This document shows, piece after piece, positions 10,430 through 19,926 of a stretch of 32,722 bases of DNA. How positions within the stretch are numbered: the stretch's first letter is position 1; the number at the start of each line of letters is the position of its first letter. A model generated the notes under the pieces. The model did no database searches and was not told where the DNA came from. It saw only the letters and a program-made list of their open reading frames with translations. Position numbers and translations under genes: made by a program. The stretch comes from an uncultured Prevotellaceae bacterium (GTDB lineage Bacteria; Bacteroidota; Bacteroidia; Bacteroidales; Muribaculaceae), in assembly GCA_945983195.1 (NCBI GenBank), contig CAMFSS010000001.1:1-32722 (forward strand), read 5' to 3'.

Positions 10430-11344
10430 ATGGATGACCACAAGGGCTTGATTCGCAATGAGGCACTCCGACTTGGCTTCGATGCCTGCGGCTTTGCCAA
10501 CGCCGAAACAGTAGATGCCGAGGCGCAGGAGCAATATGCACGCTGGCTTGCCGACGGCCGCAACGACTGCATGGACTATGCTTCGCGCTACTGCGACGTG
10601 CGCAGCGACCCGCGCCTGCTCCTACCCGGTGCGCAGACGGTGATTTCACTTGCCCTCGGCTACTATCCGGCAGTGCTTCAAGACCGCGAATCGCCACAAT
10701 TCTCATTCTATGCCTACGGACGCGACTACCACGAAGTGCTCCGCGAAAGGCTACACGCCCTTGCAAGCTACATTAAGGAACTGACAGGAGCCGATTCGCG
10801 CGCGTGCGTCGACACAGCCCCGATTCGTGAAAAATACTGGGCACAGCGTGCCGGAATAGGCTTCGTGGGGCGCAACAATCTGCTCATACTGCCCGGACGA
10901 GGCTCATTCTTCTTTCTTGGCGAACTTGTAACAACACTTGCAGTGAATCCCGACGAGCCATGCCGCCTCACCTGCGGCGACTGCCGGCGATGCGAAATAT
11001 ACTGCCCCGGCGGTGCACTGCGAGGCGGCACAGCACTCGATGCCTCGCGCTGCCTCTCATGCCAGCTTATCGAGAACCGCAGCGAAAACCTGCCTGAGTG
11101 GGTTGCCGAGCGTGCCGGACGGCGCGTGTACGGCTGCGACGCGTGCCAGCGATGCTGTCCGCACAACGCCTACGCCGAACCGACGAAAATCGACGATTTC
11201 GCCATCAAACCCGAACTGCAACACATCACACGCAACGACATTGCCACAATGACCGAGGAGCGTTTTCGCGCTATGTTCCGCCACAGCGCAGTGCACAGGC
11301 TGAAACTCGCCGGACTGAAGCGCAACCTAAGTGCAACTAAATGA
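10430..11344 (+). CDS. queG: tRNA epoxyqueuosine(34) reductase
   Basis: The 304-aa ORF has two 4Fe-4S ferredoxin motifs (CGDCRRCEIYCP, CDACQRCCPHN), the CLSCQLIE block and a C-terminal HEAT-like tail. Confidence 0.85.
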   Translation: MDDHKGLIRNEALRLGFDACGFANAETVDAEAQEQYARWLADGRNDCMDYASRYCDVRSDPRLLLPGAQTVISLALGYYPAVLQDRESPQFSFYAYGRDYHEVLRERLHALASYIKELTGADSRACVDTAPIREKYWAQRAGIGFVGRNNLLILPGRGSFFFLGELVTTLAVNPDEPCRLTCGDCRRCEIYCPGGALRGGTALDASRCLSCQLIENRSENLPEWVAERAGRRVYGCDACQRCCPHNAYAEPTKIDDFAIKPELQHITRNDIATMTEERFRAMFRHSAVHRLKLAGLKRNLSATK

Positions 11345-11345
11345 C

Positions 11346-11374
11346 AAAGGGAGGGATTCGAATCCCCCCCCTTT
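11346..11374. terminator. Bidirectional intrinsic terminator between convergent queG and frr
   Basis: AAAGGGAGGGATTC/GAATCCCCCCCCTTT forms a near-perfect GC-rich hairpin. It is flanked by AAA on one side and TTT on the other. Confidence 0.6.
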
Positions 11375-11415
11375 ATCATAAACTCAAATCGGTCGTTAGA
11401 CCGTTATTTCTTTCC

Positions 11416-11976
11416 TTACACGGTGAGAATTTCCTTCTCTTTGGCAGCAAATACCTCCTCAATGCGCTTCATATAGCGGTCGTGGAGCTTCTGCACCTTA
11501 GCCTCAGCATCTTTCTCAACGTCCTCAGGCATACCGTCCTTAATGGCCTTCTTCAAGCCCTCAATGGCATCGCGACGTGCATTGCGCACCGATATTTTAG
11601 CCTGCTCAGCCTCATTCTTCGACTGCTTCACCAAAGCCTTTCGGCGCTCCTCGGTGAGAGGCGGAATAGAGATGCGGATGATTTCGCCATTGTTCTCGGG
11701 AGTAATGCCAAGCTCGGAATTGATGATAGCCTTCTCGATAACCTTAAACATTGATTTCTCCCACGGAGTGATGGTGATGGTGCGTGCATCGGGCACCGAC
11801 ACATTGGCTACGTTGCTGATAGGAGCTGCGCTGCCGTAGTAGTCAACGCGTATTCCGTCGAGAATCTTGGGATTTGCCTTACCGGCACGAATGTGGGCGA
11901 GAGCCTCATCGAGATACTCCACAGCCATTTCCATTTTCTCTTCGGCGGGATTGAGATAGTGATTAACGTCGTTCAT
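11416..11976 (-). CDS. frr: ribosome recycling factor
   Basis: The 186-aa ORF contains the characteristic RAGKANP..LD.I.VDYYG and [10 protein letters not shown] blocks. Confidence 0.95.
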   Translation of the reverse strand: MNDVNHYLNPAEEKMEMAVEYLDEALAHIRAGKANPKILDGIRVDYYGSAAPISNVANVSVPDARTITITPWEKSMFKVIEKAIINSELGITPENNGEIIRISIPPLTEERRKALVKQSKNEAEQAKISVRNARRDAIEGLKKAIKDGMPEDVEKDAEAKVQKLHDRYMKRIEEVFAAKEKEILTV

Positions 11977-12045
11977 AATGGTTGCTTATTTGTTTTTTTG
12001 ATTATAAAATACTAAAAAAATGCGCCACGGTGGAGCAGAGATGAA

Positions 12046-12756
12046 TCAGTAGACGAGTGTACCTATATTCTCACCGCTGAGCACTTTCTCAAGATTGCCC
12101 TTGGTGTCCATGTCGAACACAATGATAGGCAATCCATTCTCCTTGCAGAGTGTGGTGGCAGTGAGGTCCATCACCTTCAGCCCGCGAGTGTATATTTCGT
12201 CGTAGCTGATTTCGGAGAACTTGGTGGCAGTGGGGTCCTTCTCAGGATCGGCAGTGTAGATTCCGTCGACGCGTGTGCCCTTGAGCATCACGTCGGCCTC
12301 AACCTCAATGCCGCGGAGGGCAGAACCGGTGTCGGTGGTAAAGAATGGGTTTCCGGTGCCTCCGGCAATGATAGCCACCTTGCCAGCCTTCATGGCGTCG
12401 ATAGCTTTCCACTTGCTATAGTGCTCGCCAATGGGGAACATATTGATTGCAGTGAACACCTGGGCAGCCTGTCCGTGAGCTTCGAGCGAAGAGCTGAGGG
12501 CAAGCGAATTGATAACGGTGGCGAGCATACCCATCTGGTCGCCCTTCACGCGGTCGACACCCTTTGCAGCACCGGCAAGTCCACGGAAAATGTTTCCTCC
12601 GCCAATGACAATTGCAACCTGCACGCCGCTCTCAGCGACAGCCTTAATCTGCTCGGCATAGTCGGCAACACGCTTAGCGTCGATACCATATCCCTGCTCA
12701 CCCATGAGCGATTCGCCGCTCAGTTTCAAGAGTATTCTTTTGTATTTTGTTCTCAT
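12046..12756 (-). CDS. pyrH: UMP kinase
   Basis: The 236-aa ORF contains RILLKLSGE, VIGGGNIFRG and GTGNPFFTTDT motifs. It shows the conserved pyrH-frr synteny. Confidence 0.95.
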   Translation of the reverse strand: MRTKYKRILLKLSGESLMGEQGYGIDAKRVADYAEQIKAVAESGVQVAIVIGGGNIFRGLAGAAKGVDRVKGDQMGMLATVINSLALSSSLEAHGQAAQVFTAINMFPIGEHYSKWKAIDAMKAGKVAIIAGGTGNPFFTTDTGSALRGIEVEADVMLKGTRVDGIYTADPEKDPTATKFSEISYDEIYTRGLKVMDLTATTLCKENGLPIIVFDMDTKGNLEKVLSGENIGTLVY

Positions 12757-12802
12757 ATTCCGTAAAAATTTTTTCAGAAAAAAGGGATTTAACTAATAAT
12801 TG

Positions 12803-12810
12803 CAAATTTA
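12803..12810 (-). promoter_or_regulatory. Candidate -7 box TAAATTTG for pyrH
   Basis: The reverse complement of caaattta matches TAnnTTTG. It lies 46 nt upstream of the pyrH ATG. Confidence 0.45.
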
Positions 12811-12912
12811 AGATATTCACCCAAAGTCACCAAATTTTTCACCACAATTTTTTCACAGTGCATCATTTCAATTAAGAATCGGTGCCAAATATAGTAAAGG
12901 AGGGGAATTTTT

Positions 12913-13163
12913 GATAAATTAGGCGGCGGCTCGGCAATGCAAAATTAAAAAACTGCGTTTTTTATTTGGCATTGCGCTCATTTGCACTAATTTTTAATAA
13001 ATTAGGCGGCGGCTCGGCAGTGCCAAATCAAAAAAACTGCGTTTTTTATTTGGCATTGCGCTCGCCTTGCACTAATTTTAGATAAATTGAGCTACATTCG
13101 GCAGAAACAAAAAGAAAATCGAATTTTCTTTTTGTTTCTGCGCTCATTTGCTGTAATTTTGCC
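12913..13163 (+). repeat. Three tandem ~84-nt units, each with a conserved 5' box, a long hairpin and a conserved 3' box that includes a -7-like element
   Basis: The units span 12913..12995, 12996..13080 and 13081..13163. The 5' box is GATAAATT..TCGGCA. The hairpins span 12934..12975, 13017..13059 and 13101..13141; the third is a perfect 19-bp stem with loop CGA. The 3' box is GCGCTCATTTGC(A/T)(C/G)TAATTTT. Confidence 0.85.
13131..13161 (+). promoter_or_regulatory. Candidate promoter (-33 TTTG, 19-nt spacer, -7 TAATTTTG) for the SGNH/MBOAT operon
   Basis: TTTG at 13131..13134 lies in the 3' arm of the third hairpin. TAATTTTG lies at 13154..13161. The ATG is 62 nt downstream at 13223. Confidence 0.5.
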
Positions 13164-13222
13164 AACCGATTGGTGGGGCGGGGCTTTTAGGCGTAACCGG
13201 ACTTGCCATATCGCTTGCTTTT

Positions 13223-14626
13223 ATGAACAATGACTACTTAAATAGGGTTTTATGGCTCGTGATTGCCACTATTGCCGTGCTTCTGGCAGCTTACTGTCTG
13301 CCTGACATGGAAATCGGTGGCACACAGCTCAGACGGGTAGACTTGCTTGCCGACTTAAGAGCCAATCCCGACGACGATGACGCGGTAATCGACTCGCTGC
13401 CGACGGCTGCCGTAGTCTACTAGTCACGCGTCGCAATAACAAAATAATATAACGACACCTGCAAGACCGGAATGACGTGCATCGAGCATTTCAGCACCGA
13501 CGGCCGCGGCATGGAGCCTTTCTACGACGCTCTCGACCGCATTGCGTCACTGAACCGCCCGCTGCGCATCGCAGTGCTCGGCGACAGCTACATAGAGGGT
13601 GACATCATCACTGCCGACCTCCGCAATATGCTGCAAGACCGCTACGGCGGCTGCGGCGTGGGTTTTGTGCCTATGGCTTCGGAAATAGCCGGTTTCCGCC
13701 GCTCGGTGGTACACCGCTTCGGTGGCTGGAGCACGCACAACTCGGTGGGTGGCGGCAGCTACAACCGCAACTACGGCATAATATCGGGTCACTATTTCCA
13801 GCCCGACAGCGCGGCATGGACCCAACTCACCGGGCAGAGCCACCACTGCACGCGACTCGACACCTGCTACCGCTCATCGCTGCTGCTACTCTCGCCCGAC
13901 TCGGCACTCATCACCGCCTCAATCAACGGCGGACGGAGCAAACGGAGCTTTAACGTGGCTCCGTCAGACGAAATACAGTGCCTGACTGTTGCCGATACCA
14001 TTCACAGCATACGCTGGCGACCTGCACGCAGCACACACCGCACCATCTTCTATGGTGCCACAATGGAGGACACTCACGGCATAACCCTCGACAACTTCTC
14101 GCTTCGCAGCAGTCCCGGCTCGAACCTGGGATATCTGCACGACGATATGCTGCGCCGCCTGGACCGCGCACGCCACTACGACCTGGTGATTCTCGTGTAT
14201 GGACTCAACGTTGCCACCCCGAATGGCCGCAACTACGACTACTACCGCACAGGCATGAACAAAGCCATCGAGAAGCTGAAGGAGTGCATGCCCGGCACCG
14301 GATTCCTGCTTGTGAGCATAGGCGACCGCGACGAGCGAGTTGACGGCACGATGCGAACCATGCGCGGAGTGAAGAACCTTGTGCGCTACCAGCACACCAT
14401 TGCCGCCGAAAGCGGAATAGCTTTCTGGAATCTCTATGAAGCGATGGGCGGCGAAGGGAGCATCGCTGAAATGGTGAAGGCGCGCGAAGCCAACCTCGAC
14501 TACACCCACATCAACTTCAAGGGCGGCAAGAAGATTGCAAAACTGCTATTTGAGGCTATGGAATACGGAAAAGAGCAACGCGAACGCCGACGTGCGTTCT
14601 ATGCAGGAAAGGAGGTGACACCATGA
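13223..14626 (+). pseudogene. Membrane-anchored SGNH/GDSL-type hydrolase (AlgJ/PatB-like partner of the MBOAT) interrupted by in-frame TAG (13421..13423) and TAA (13445..13447)
   Basis: ORF 13223..13423 encodes only an N-terminal TM anchor. ORF 13472..14626 starts with no signal peptide and has an SGNH block I (RIAVLGDSYIEGD). The two ORFs share one frame and are 48 nt apart. The 3' end overlaps the MBOAT start (ATGA). Confidence 0.6.
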
Positions 14627-16107
14627 ACGCGACAATGCTATGGGAGCGGCTGACCGAGCTGCTAAGCTACAACCCTGCCGAACCGATGATTTTCAGCAGC
14701 GGCGTGTTTCTGTGGCTTTTTGCGGCTTTCATCATAGTGTACGTGTCGCTCCGCCGGCACGACACGGCACGCATATTCTTCGTCACCTGTTTCTCCTACT
14801 ATTTCTACTACAAGTCGAGCGGATTCTACTTCTTTCTGCTTGCAGTGGTCACGGTGAGCGACTTCGTGATAGCACGCACCATGCAGCGTGTGGCACGCGA
14901 CGGGCTGCGCAAGCTGCTTGTGGCACTCAGTGTGACAATAAATCTCGGACTGCTCTGCTATTTCAAGTACACCAACTTCTTCGGCGAGGTGTGGGCATCG
15001 GCAACGGGGCTGCACTTCGATGCACTCGACATATTCCTGCCCGTGGGAATATCGTTCTTCACATTCCAGTCGCTGAGCTACACCATCGACGTGTACCGCC
15101 GCCGCATTGAGCCGCTCGACCGCCTGCTCGACTATGCCTTCTATGTGTCGTTCTTCCCACAGCTTGTGGCGGGCCCAATAGTGCGCGCCAAGGACTTCAT
15201 ACCACAGATACGCCGACCACTCACCGTGACGCACACCATGATGGGCGAAGGAGTGTGGCTCATCGCCACCGGACTGTTCAAGAAGGTGGTAATCAGCGAC
15301 TACATAAGCGTGAACTTTGTGGAACGAATATTTGCCGACCCATCGCTCTACTCAGGAGTGGAGAACCTGATGGGCGTGTACGGCTACACGATGCAAATCT
15401 ACTGCGACTTCTCGGGCTACAGCGACATGGCAATAGGCATTGCGCTGCTTCTCGGCTTCCGCTTCAACATCAACTTCGACAGCCCATACAAGTCGGCTTC
15501 GATCACCGAATTCTGGCGGCGATGGCACATATCGCTATCATCGTGGCTGAAGGATTACCTCTACATATCGCTCGGCGGCAACCGCAAAGGCCGCGTGCGA
15601 CAATACGCCAACCTCATCATCACCATGTTCCTTGGCGGACTGTGGCACGGCGCATCGTGGAACTTCGTGGTGTGGGGATTGCTTCACGGCATCGCCCTCG
15701 CCGTGCACAAGGTGTGGCTCACGCTCACCGGCTCACGAGTGGGAGAGCGCGGAGCATGGTGGCGGCATGCGCTCAATGTGATTGTCACATTCCACTTTGT
15801 GTGCCTGTGCTGGGTGTTCTTCCGCAATGCCGACTTCGGCAACTCGGCGGCGATGCTCACGCAGATTGCCGGCTCATTCCACGGCGAACTGCTGCCGCAG
15901 CTACTTGCAGGCTACTGGAAAGTGATGGCACTCATAGCCCTGGGCTATGTGCTCCACTTCACCCCGGCACGCCTTGAGCGTCGTGCCAAGCTGCTGATGG
16001 CACGTGCGCCATTCGTGGTGTATCTCGTGGTGATGGTGGCTGTGATATACCTTGCCATTCAGATGCGGAGCACCGAAATACAGCCGTTCATCTACTTCCA
16101 GTTCTGA
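14623..16107 (+). CDS. MBOAT-family membrane O-acyltransferase (AlgI/PatA/DltB-like)
   Basis: The 494-aa polytopic ORF contains FTFQSLSYTIDVYR, SITEFWRRWHISLS.WL.DYLYI.LGGN and the conserved WHG histidine block. Confidence 0.85.
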   Translation: MNATMLWERLTELLSYNPAEPMIFSSGVFLWLFAAFIIVYVSLRRHDTARIFFVTCFSYYFYYKSSGFYFFLLAVVTVSDFVIARTMQRVARDGLRKLLVALSVTINLGLLCYFKYTNFFGEVWASATGLHFDALDIFLPVGISFFTFQSLSYTIDVYRRRIEPLDRLLDYAFYVSFFPQLVAGPIVRAKDFIPQIRRPLTVTHTMMGEGVWLIATGLFKKVVISDYISVNFVERIFADPSLYSGVENLMGVYGYTMQIYCDFSGYSDMAIGIALLLGFRFNINFDSPYKSASITEFWRRWHISLSSWLKDYLYISLGGNRKGRVRQYANLIITMFLGGLWHGASWNFVVWGLLHGIALAVHKVWLTLTGSRVGERGAWWRHALNVIVTFHFVCLCWVFFRNADFGNSAAMLTQIAGSFHGELLPQLLAGYWKVMALIALGYVLHFTPARLERRAKLLMARAPFVVYLVVMVAVIYLAIQMRSTEIQPFIYFQF

Positions 16108-16123
16108 TGCTTTGCAGCAGGGG

Positions 16124-16597
16124 CTAAAGGTCTTCGTGGAAGATTAGCGGCAGGAGGTGGGAAACCTCGCTCAGCACATAAATTTCATCGGCACCGTAGA
16201 GGATAATTTCGAGCTTCGCGCCACCGATTCGCTCATACTCGGCAAGCACCTGGCGGCAGGCACCGCATGGCGACACCGGGTGCGGCGTGAAAGCACCGTT
16301 GTGGAAGGCGGCAATTGCGAGCTTCACGAAGCGCACACCGGGATAGCTCGAATGTGCATAGAAGCAAGTGGTGCGCTCGGCGCAAGTGCCCGAAGGGAAT
16401 GCCACATTCTCCTGATTAGAGCCGGTGACAATCTCACCATTGGCAAGCAGCAGGGCAGCACCCACATTGAACCGGCTATAAGGGGAATAAGCGCGCTGTG
16501 TGGCACTTTTTGCCAAATCAACCAAATTTTTGTCGGCATCGGTTAGCTCATTGTAAGAGTAAACCCTTATCTTTGTAACCAAATTAATCTCTTTCAT
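16124..16597 (-). CDS. cdd: cytidine deaminase
   Basis: The ORF contains SPYS.F.VGAA, the zinc motif CAER and PCGACRQ. The start was set at the ATG at 16597 (MKEINL), giving a typical length of about 157 aa. Confidence 0.85.
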   Translation of the reverse strand: MKEINLVTKIRVYSYNELTDADKNLVDLAKSATQRAYSPYSRFNVGAALLLANGEIVTGSNQENVAFPSGTCAERTTCFYAHSSYPGVRFVKLAIAAFHNGAFTPHPVSPCGACRQVLAEYERIGGAKLEIILYGADEIYVLSEVSHLLPLIFHEDL

Positions 16598-16618
16598 GAT
16601 AAATGCTAATTTTAGTTG

Positions 16619-17230
16619 ATGATGTTTTTCACGCACAAATATAATAAAAAAACTTCACACGGCAACTTAGTGGCGGTGCTTTGTGCCGCATTATTAGTGA
16701 TTTTGGCATCTTGCAGCACCGGGCGCAAGGCGACCAACGACCGCCGTGACTACACCCGGCAGAGCGGCAGCAGCTACACGCCCATCGGACGCGACGGCAC
16801 GGCACAGCGCAAGCACTACATTGCCACATTCAGCGATGCTGCCATACGCAACCGCAAGCAGTATGGTATTCCGGCAGCCATCACACTGGGGCAGGGAATA
16901 CTTGAAAGTGCAGGCGGCACAAGCTACCTTGCCGTGAACGGCAACAACCACTTCGGCATCAAGGCATCGAGCGACTGGACGGGGCGCACGATTTCAAAAC
17001 CGGGCAGCTCCGACAAATACCGCATATACCCGAGCGTGGAGCAGTGCTTTGCCGCCCATGCCAAATTCTTGAGCCGCAAACGCTATGCGCCGCTTTTCAA
17101 GCTGAAAATCACCGACTACAAAGGGTGGGCACGAAAACTCAAGGAGTGCGGCTATGCCACCGACCCCAATTATGCCTCGAAACTCATAAAAATCATAGAA
17201 ACCTACAACCTCCAGGAACTCGACAGATAG
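16619..17230 (+). CDS. glucosaminidase-domain lipoprotein (GH73/FlgJ-like peptidoglycan hydrolase)
   Basis: The ORF has a lipoprotein signal (LVILASCSTG). It also contains ITLGQGILESAGGTS..NNHFGIK and GYATDPNYASKLI motifs. The first ATG is at 16619. Confidence 0.75.
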   Translation: MMFFTHKYNKKTSHGNLVAVLCAALLVILASCSTGRKATNDRRDYTRQSGSSYTPIGRDGTAQRKHYIATFSDAAIRNRKQYGIPAAITLGQGILESAGGTSYLAVNGNNHFGIKASSDWTGRTISKPGSSDKYRIYPSVEQCFAAHAKFLSRKRYAPLFKLKITDYKGWARKLKECGYATDPNYASKLIKIIETYNLQELDR

Positions 17231-17328
17231 CACTGCGTTTTTTCCCCTTCACACTGCTTAAATGGCACTTTTTAAGGGCTAAATATTATTTTTTGACGGA
17301 AAAATTGTGTTATTTGTGATAATTTGCA

Positions 17329-17336
17329 TATATTTG
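17329..17336 (+). promoter_or_regulatory. Candidate -7 box TATATTTG upstream of the T9SS cargo gene
   Basis: It matches TAnnTTTG and lies about 143 nt upstream of the ATG at 17480. Confidence 0.4.
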
Positions 17337-17479
17337 CGCAACATTTCAGAATCGGAACATTCAGGCATCATCGCCCGTAGTGTTACTTTTAAGGAATCAA
17401 CTGTTTTTTTGTCATAACCATTATTATTGTGGTTATAACCAAGGAATAACTACTATTAACACTATAAAACTTAAGTTCT

Positions 17480-19840
17480 ATGATTAAAAATCTACTTATC
17501 ACAGCGTGTGTGGCAGGCGCAATGACAGTTGCAGCCACAGCCCAGCAAGCTCCTACGCAGGCTAAAGTCGCAAAAATGAAGATGGAAGCACCTGCAAAGA
17601 GCGCAATCAAGGTGAAAAAATTCGACGGCCGCGTGCTCGAAAGCAAGCAGCTCAGCAAGGACGTGACCCTGCAAAAAGTGCAGACTGCCAACGGACTGAC
17701 AGTGAAGCGCATAGTGGACAACCGCAGAGTCAACAAGACTATCAAGGCTGCCGACGTGAAGAAGCCAACAGAGAAGAGCGAGGGTACAAACAATGCCATA
17801 ACTCTCAATGAAAGCTTCGAAGGCTGGGACGGTGTTACCGAAGGCTGGCTCCCCGAAGGCTGGTCGATAGATTCGAAAACCGGAGCAATCGAAACGGAAA
17901 CTCCTATAAACTGGAATGTTTCTTCTGCCGGACTATATATGCCGGAACCCGACGGCAACTACTATGCTGTCATTTACTACGATGTCAACACTAAGGATGA
18001 GTGGCTCATCACTCCGGTAGTCGACCTGCCCGAATACCCGAAGCTCTACTACAAGGCATTAGTGTCGCCGGCATTCCTGTTTGAAATGAGCAGTGAAACC
18101 ATCGATTGGGAAACCTACGAATTTATTGAAAAGCGTGTAGCAGCCAATGTTCAAGTGCTGGTGCGTGCCGAGGGCGAAGCAGAGTGGACAGTGGTGAAAG
18201 ACTACTTTGAAGAGTACAGCTCCCAAAATCTGTCGTTCTACGACTTGCTCAATATGGAGCCGAATGAACTGGAGCTATTTTCAGTTGACCTTGCCGACTA
18301 CAAGGGCAAGCGCATACAAGTGGCATTCCGCTACTATGGAGCCGACGGAAACACAGTGGCTATAGATGCTGTAAGCGTATCGAATCCGGCTCTTGAAGCA
18401 AGCTATTCATGGCCATTTGGCACACAGTTCTTTGGTATCGCAGCTGACTGGGTGGCATTCCCGTATTCAGTTCCAGTACATCCGGTGAATGTTCCCCTCA
18501 CATGGTACAACACTACCGAAGACTACACCGCCGATTTCACATGGGAATATGACGACCCGATTACAGCCGATCGCATGAGCGTCAACACCACCGACCTCAC
18601 ATTGACCTACGTTCCCGACTATAGCAGCGACTTCTCTTGCCGCAACAACATGTTCTTCACACCGAAACTCATTGCCTCAGCTGAGGGTTCAGCTCCGGGA
18701 GAGGCTCAGAGCTACGATTACTGCCAATTTGGCGGCAAGGCCGAATGGGAACAATCGGGCAACATCTTCAACTTCGGCTTAAGCCTGTTCGACTACCGAA
18801 CTGAGGGATTTGACATTGCCGTTCTTGACAACGACATGGATGCCGGAATTCCAATCTACGGTTACAGCAAGGACGTTGACCAATTCTGGACCGACTACAC
18901 CTTCAGCGGCCAGGAGGAAGAAGGCGAAGGCGTGAAACTTACAGGCATCTTAAACTACTACTTCACACAGGAAGCCCCAATAGTGATTTCAGGAGCATGG
19001 ATTCACGGCAAGGGTCAGATTGGCGCAGATGCAGAGTTCACGCTTGACGTTATCCCTCTCGACGATGAGACAGGCGAAATGAAAACCCCGATTGCCACAG
19101 CCAAGTGCAAAGGCTCCGATATGATTGCAGACGAAGGCGGAATGCAGAATTTCTACACAGTTCCGTTTAGCTTCGCCGAGCCGGTTGTGCTTTCACAAAT
19201 GGATTGCTTCTCATACATAGTGCGCCTGAGCGGCTTCAACGACCCTGACAATGTAACTTGGTTTGCACCTTATCAGTCGGCACTTGACAACCCCGACGGC
19301 TATGCACTGGGCTGGATAGAGAAAGCTATCACCATGGGCGGCGAAACCCGCAGCTCACTTTCACCAGTTGCCTACTACACCGGCTTCCAGTCGTTTGGCA
19401 TTATGCTCGATGCAGCATATCCTTGGCTCGATGCAGATACCAACGAGGTGACAATCTCAACAGAAGGCGTGGCTGAAGTGGCACTCGGAAGCTACTACGA
19501 CGGCTCAGAGTTTACAGCAACACTTGCCGACGGCTCAGAACTTCCCGCATGGCTCACAGTGACTACTGAAGGTCGCTACGGCAATGCAAAAGTCACCTTC
19601 ACCGCTACCGGCAACGAAGCAGCATCGTGCAACGTGAAGATTTCGGCACCCGGCGTAAACAAGGTGTTCTATGTGAGCTACGACGGCACAACCGGAGTTG
19701 AAGGCGTGAATGCAGCCGACGGCTCAGCCGTGAAGGAAGTGTACAACGCCATGGGACAGCGCGTAGCAGCCGACAGCGATGCCAAGGGCATCTATCTGCT
19801 CCGCCGCAGCAACGGCCGCGTGGAGAAAATCATCCGCTAA
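17480..19840 (+). CDS. Secreted protein with a choice-of-anchor-J/cleaved-adhesin-like domain and a C-terminal T9SS sorting domain
   Basis: The ORF has a signal peptide (AATAQQ). It contains an ESFEGW..LPEGWS..DEWLITP..IQVAFRYYG..VAIDAVSVS block. The C-terminal tail YNAMGQRV..GIYLLRR..VEKIIR is typical of T9SS type A CTDs. Confidence 0.7.
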   Translation: MIKNLLITACVAGAMTVAATAQQAPTQAKVAKMKMEAPAKSAIKVKKFDGRVLESKQLSKDVTLQKVQTANGLTVKRIVDNRRVNKTIKAADVKKPTEKSEGTNNAITLNESFEGWDGVTEGWLPEGWSIDSKTGAIETETPINWNVSSAGLYMPEPDGNYYAVIYYDVNTKDEWLITPVVDLPEYPKLYYKALVSPAFLFEMSSETIDWETYEFIEKRVAANVQVLVRAEGEAEWTVVKDYFEEYSSQNLSFYDLLNMEPNELELFSVDLADYKGKRIQVAFRYYGADGNTVAIDAVSVSNPALEASYSWPFGTQFFGIAADWVAFPYSVPVHPVNVPLTWYNTTEDYTADFTWEYDDPITADRMSVNTTDLTLTYVPDYSSDFSCRNNMFFTPKLIASAEGSAPGEAQSYDYCQFGGKAEWEQSGNIFNFGLSLFDYRTEGFDIAVLDNDMDAGIPIYGYSKDVDQFWTDYTFSGQEEEGEGVKLTGILNYYFTQEAPIVISGAWIHGKGQIGADAEFTLDVIPLDDETGEMKTPIATAKCKGSDMIADEGGMQNFYTVPFSFAEPVVLSQMDCFSYIVRLSGFNDPDNVTWFAPYQSALDNPDGYALGWIEKAITMGGETRSSLSPVAYYTGFQSFGIMLDAAYPWLDADTNEVTISTEGVAEVALGSYYDGSEFTATLADGSELPAWLTVTTEGRYGNAKVTFTATGNEAASCNVKISAPGVNKVFYVSYDGTTGVEGVNAADGSAVKEVYNAMGQRVAADSDAKGIYLLRRSNGRVEKIIR

Positions 19841-19887
19841 CACTGCATACTAAACAAAAGCTAATATAGCTACCCAACACTAACAAA

Positions 19888-19921
19888 GAGGCGGTGTCCG
19901 TGTAAAAATGGACACCGCCTC
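19888..19921 (+). terminator. Intrinsic terminator-like hairpin after the T9SS cargo gene
   Basis: A perfect 12-bp stem GAGGCGGTGTCC/GGACACCGCCTC encloses a 10-nt loop. The downstream T tract is weak. Confidence 0.5.
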
Positions 19922-19926
19922 CTTAC

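Noticed and set aside
11351-11371. The motif GGGATTCGAATCCCC resembles a tRNA T-arm and could mark a tRNA or tRNA fragment.
   Set aside because: It is the centre of a simple palindrome between convergent genes. No acceptor, D or anticodon arms can be drawn on either strand. It fits a bidirectional terminator.
11341-11754. A 137-aa ORF begins at the queG stop codon.
   Set aside because: It lies entirely antisense to the well-conserved frr gene and reads through the terminator hairpin, so it is a shadow ORF.
12913-13163. The tandem repeats could be a CRISPR array.
   Set aside because: The units are ~84 nt and contiguous, with no unique spacers. They diverge internally, and no cas genes are nearby.
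13419-13431. Adjacent SpeI (ACTAGT) and MluI (ACGCGT) sites lie at the first SGNH stop, and a NotI site (25999..26006) lies in an odd Cys-rich stretch of the LTA-synthase-like gene. Together they could be cloning scars or signs of engineering.
   Set aside because: No vector-like sequence, marker or other engineered element is present. GC-rich 6-8-mers can occur by chance in a genome of this composition. The sequence alone cannot support the idea.
13964-15977. Long alternative-frame and antisense ORFs lie inside the SGNH and MBOAT genes (13964..14509 minus, 14662..15234 minus, 15255..15977 plus).
   Set aside because: They have Arg/His/Ala-rich shadow-ORF composition typical of GC-rich coding regions. 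The annotated frames carry clear family motifs. The same reasoning applies to 21901..22491, 24559..25155, 29420..30106, 5322..5873 and 23230..23736.
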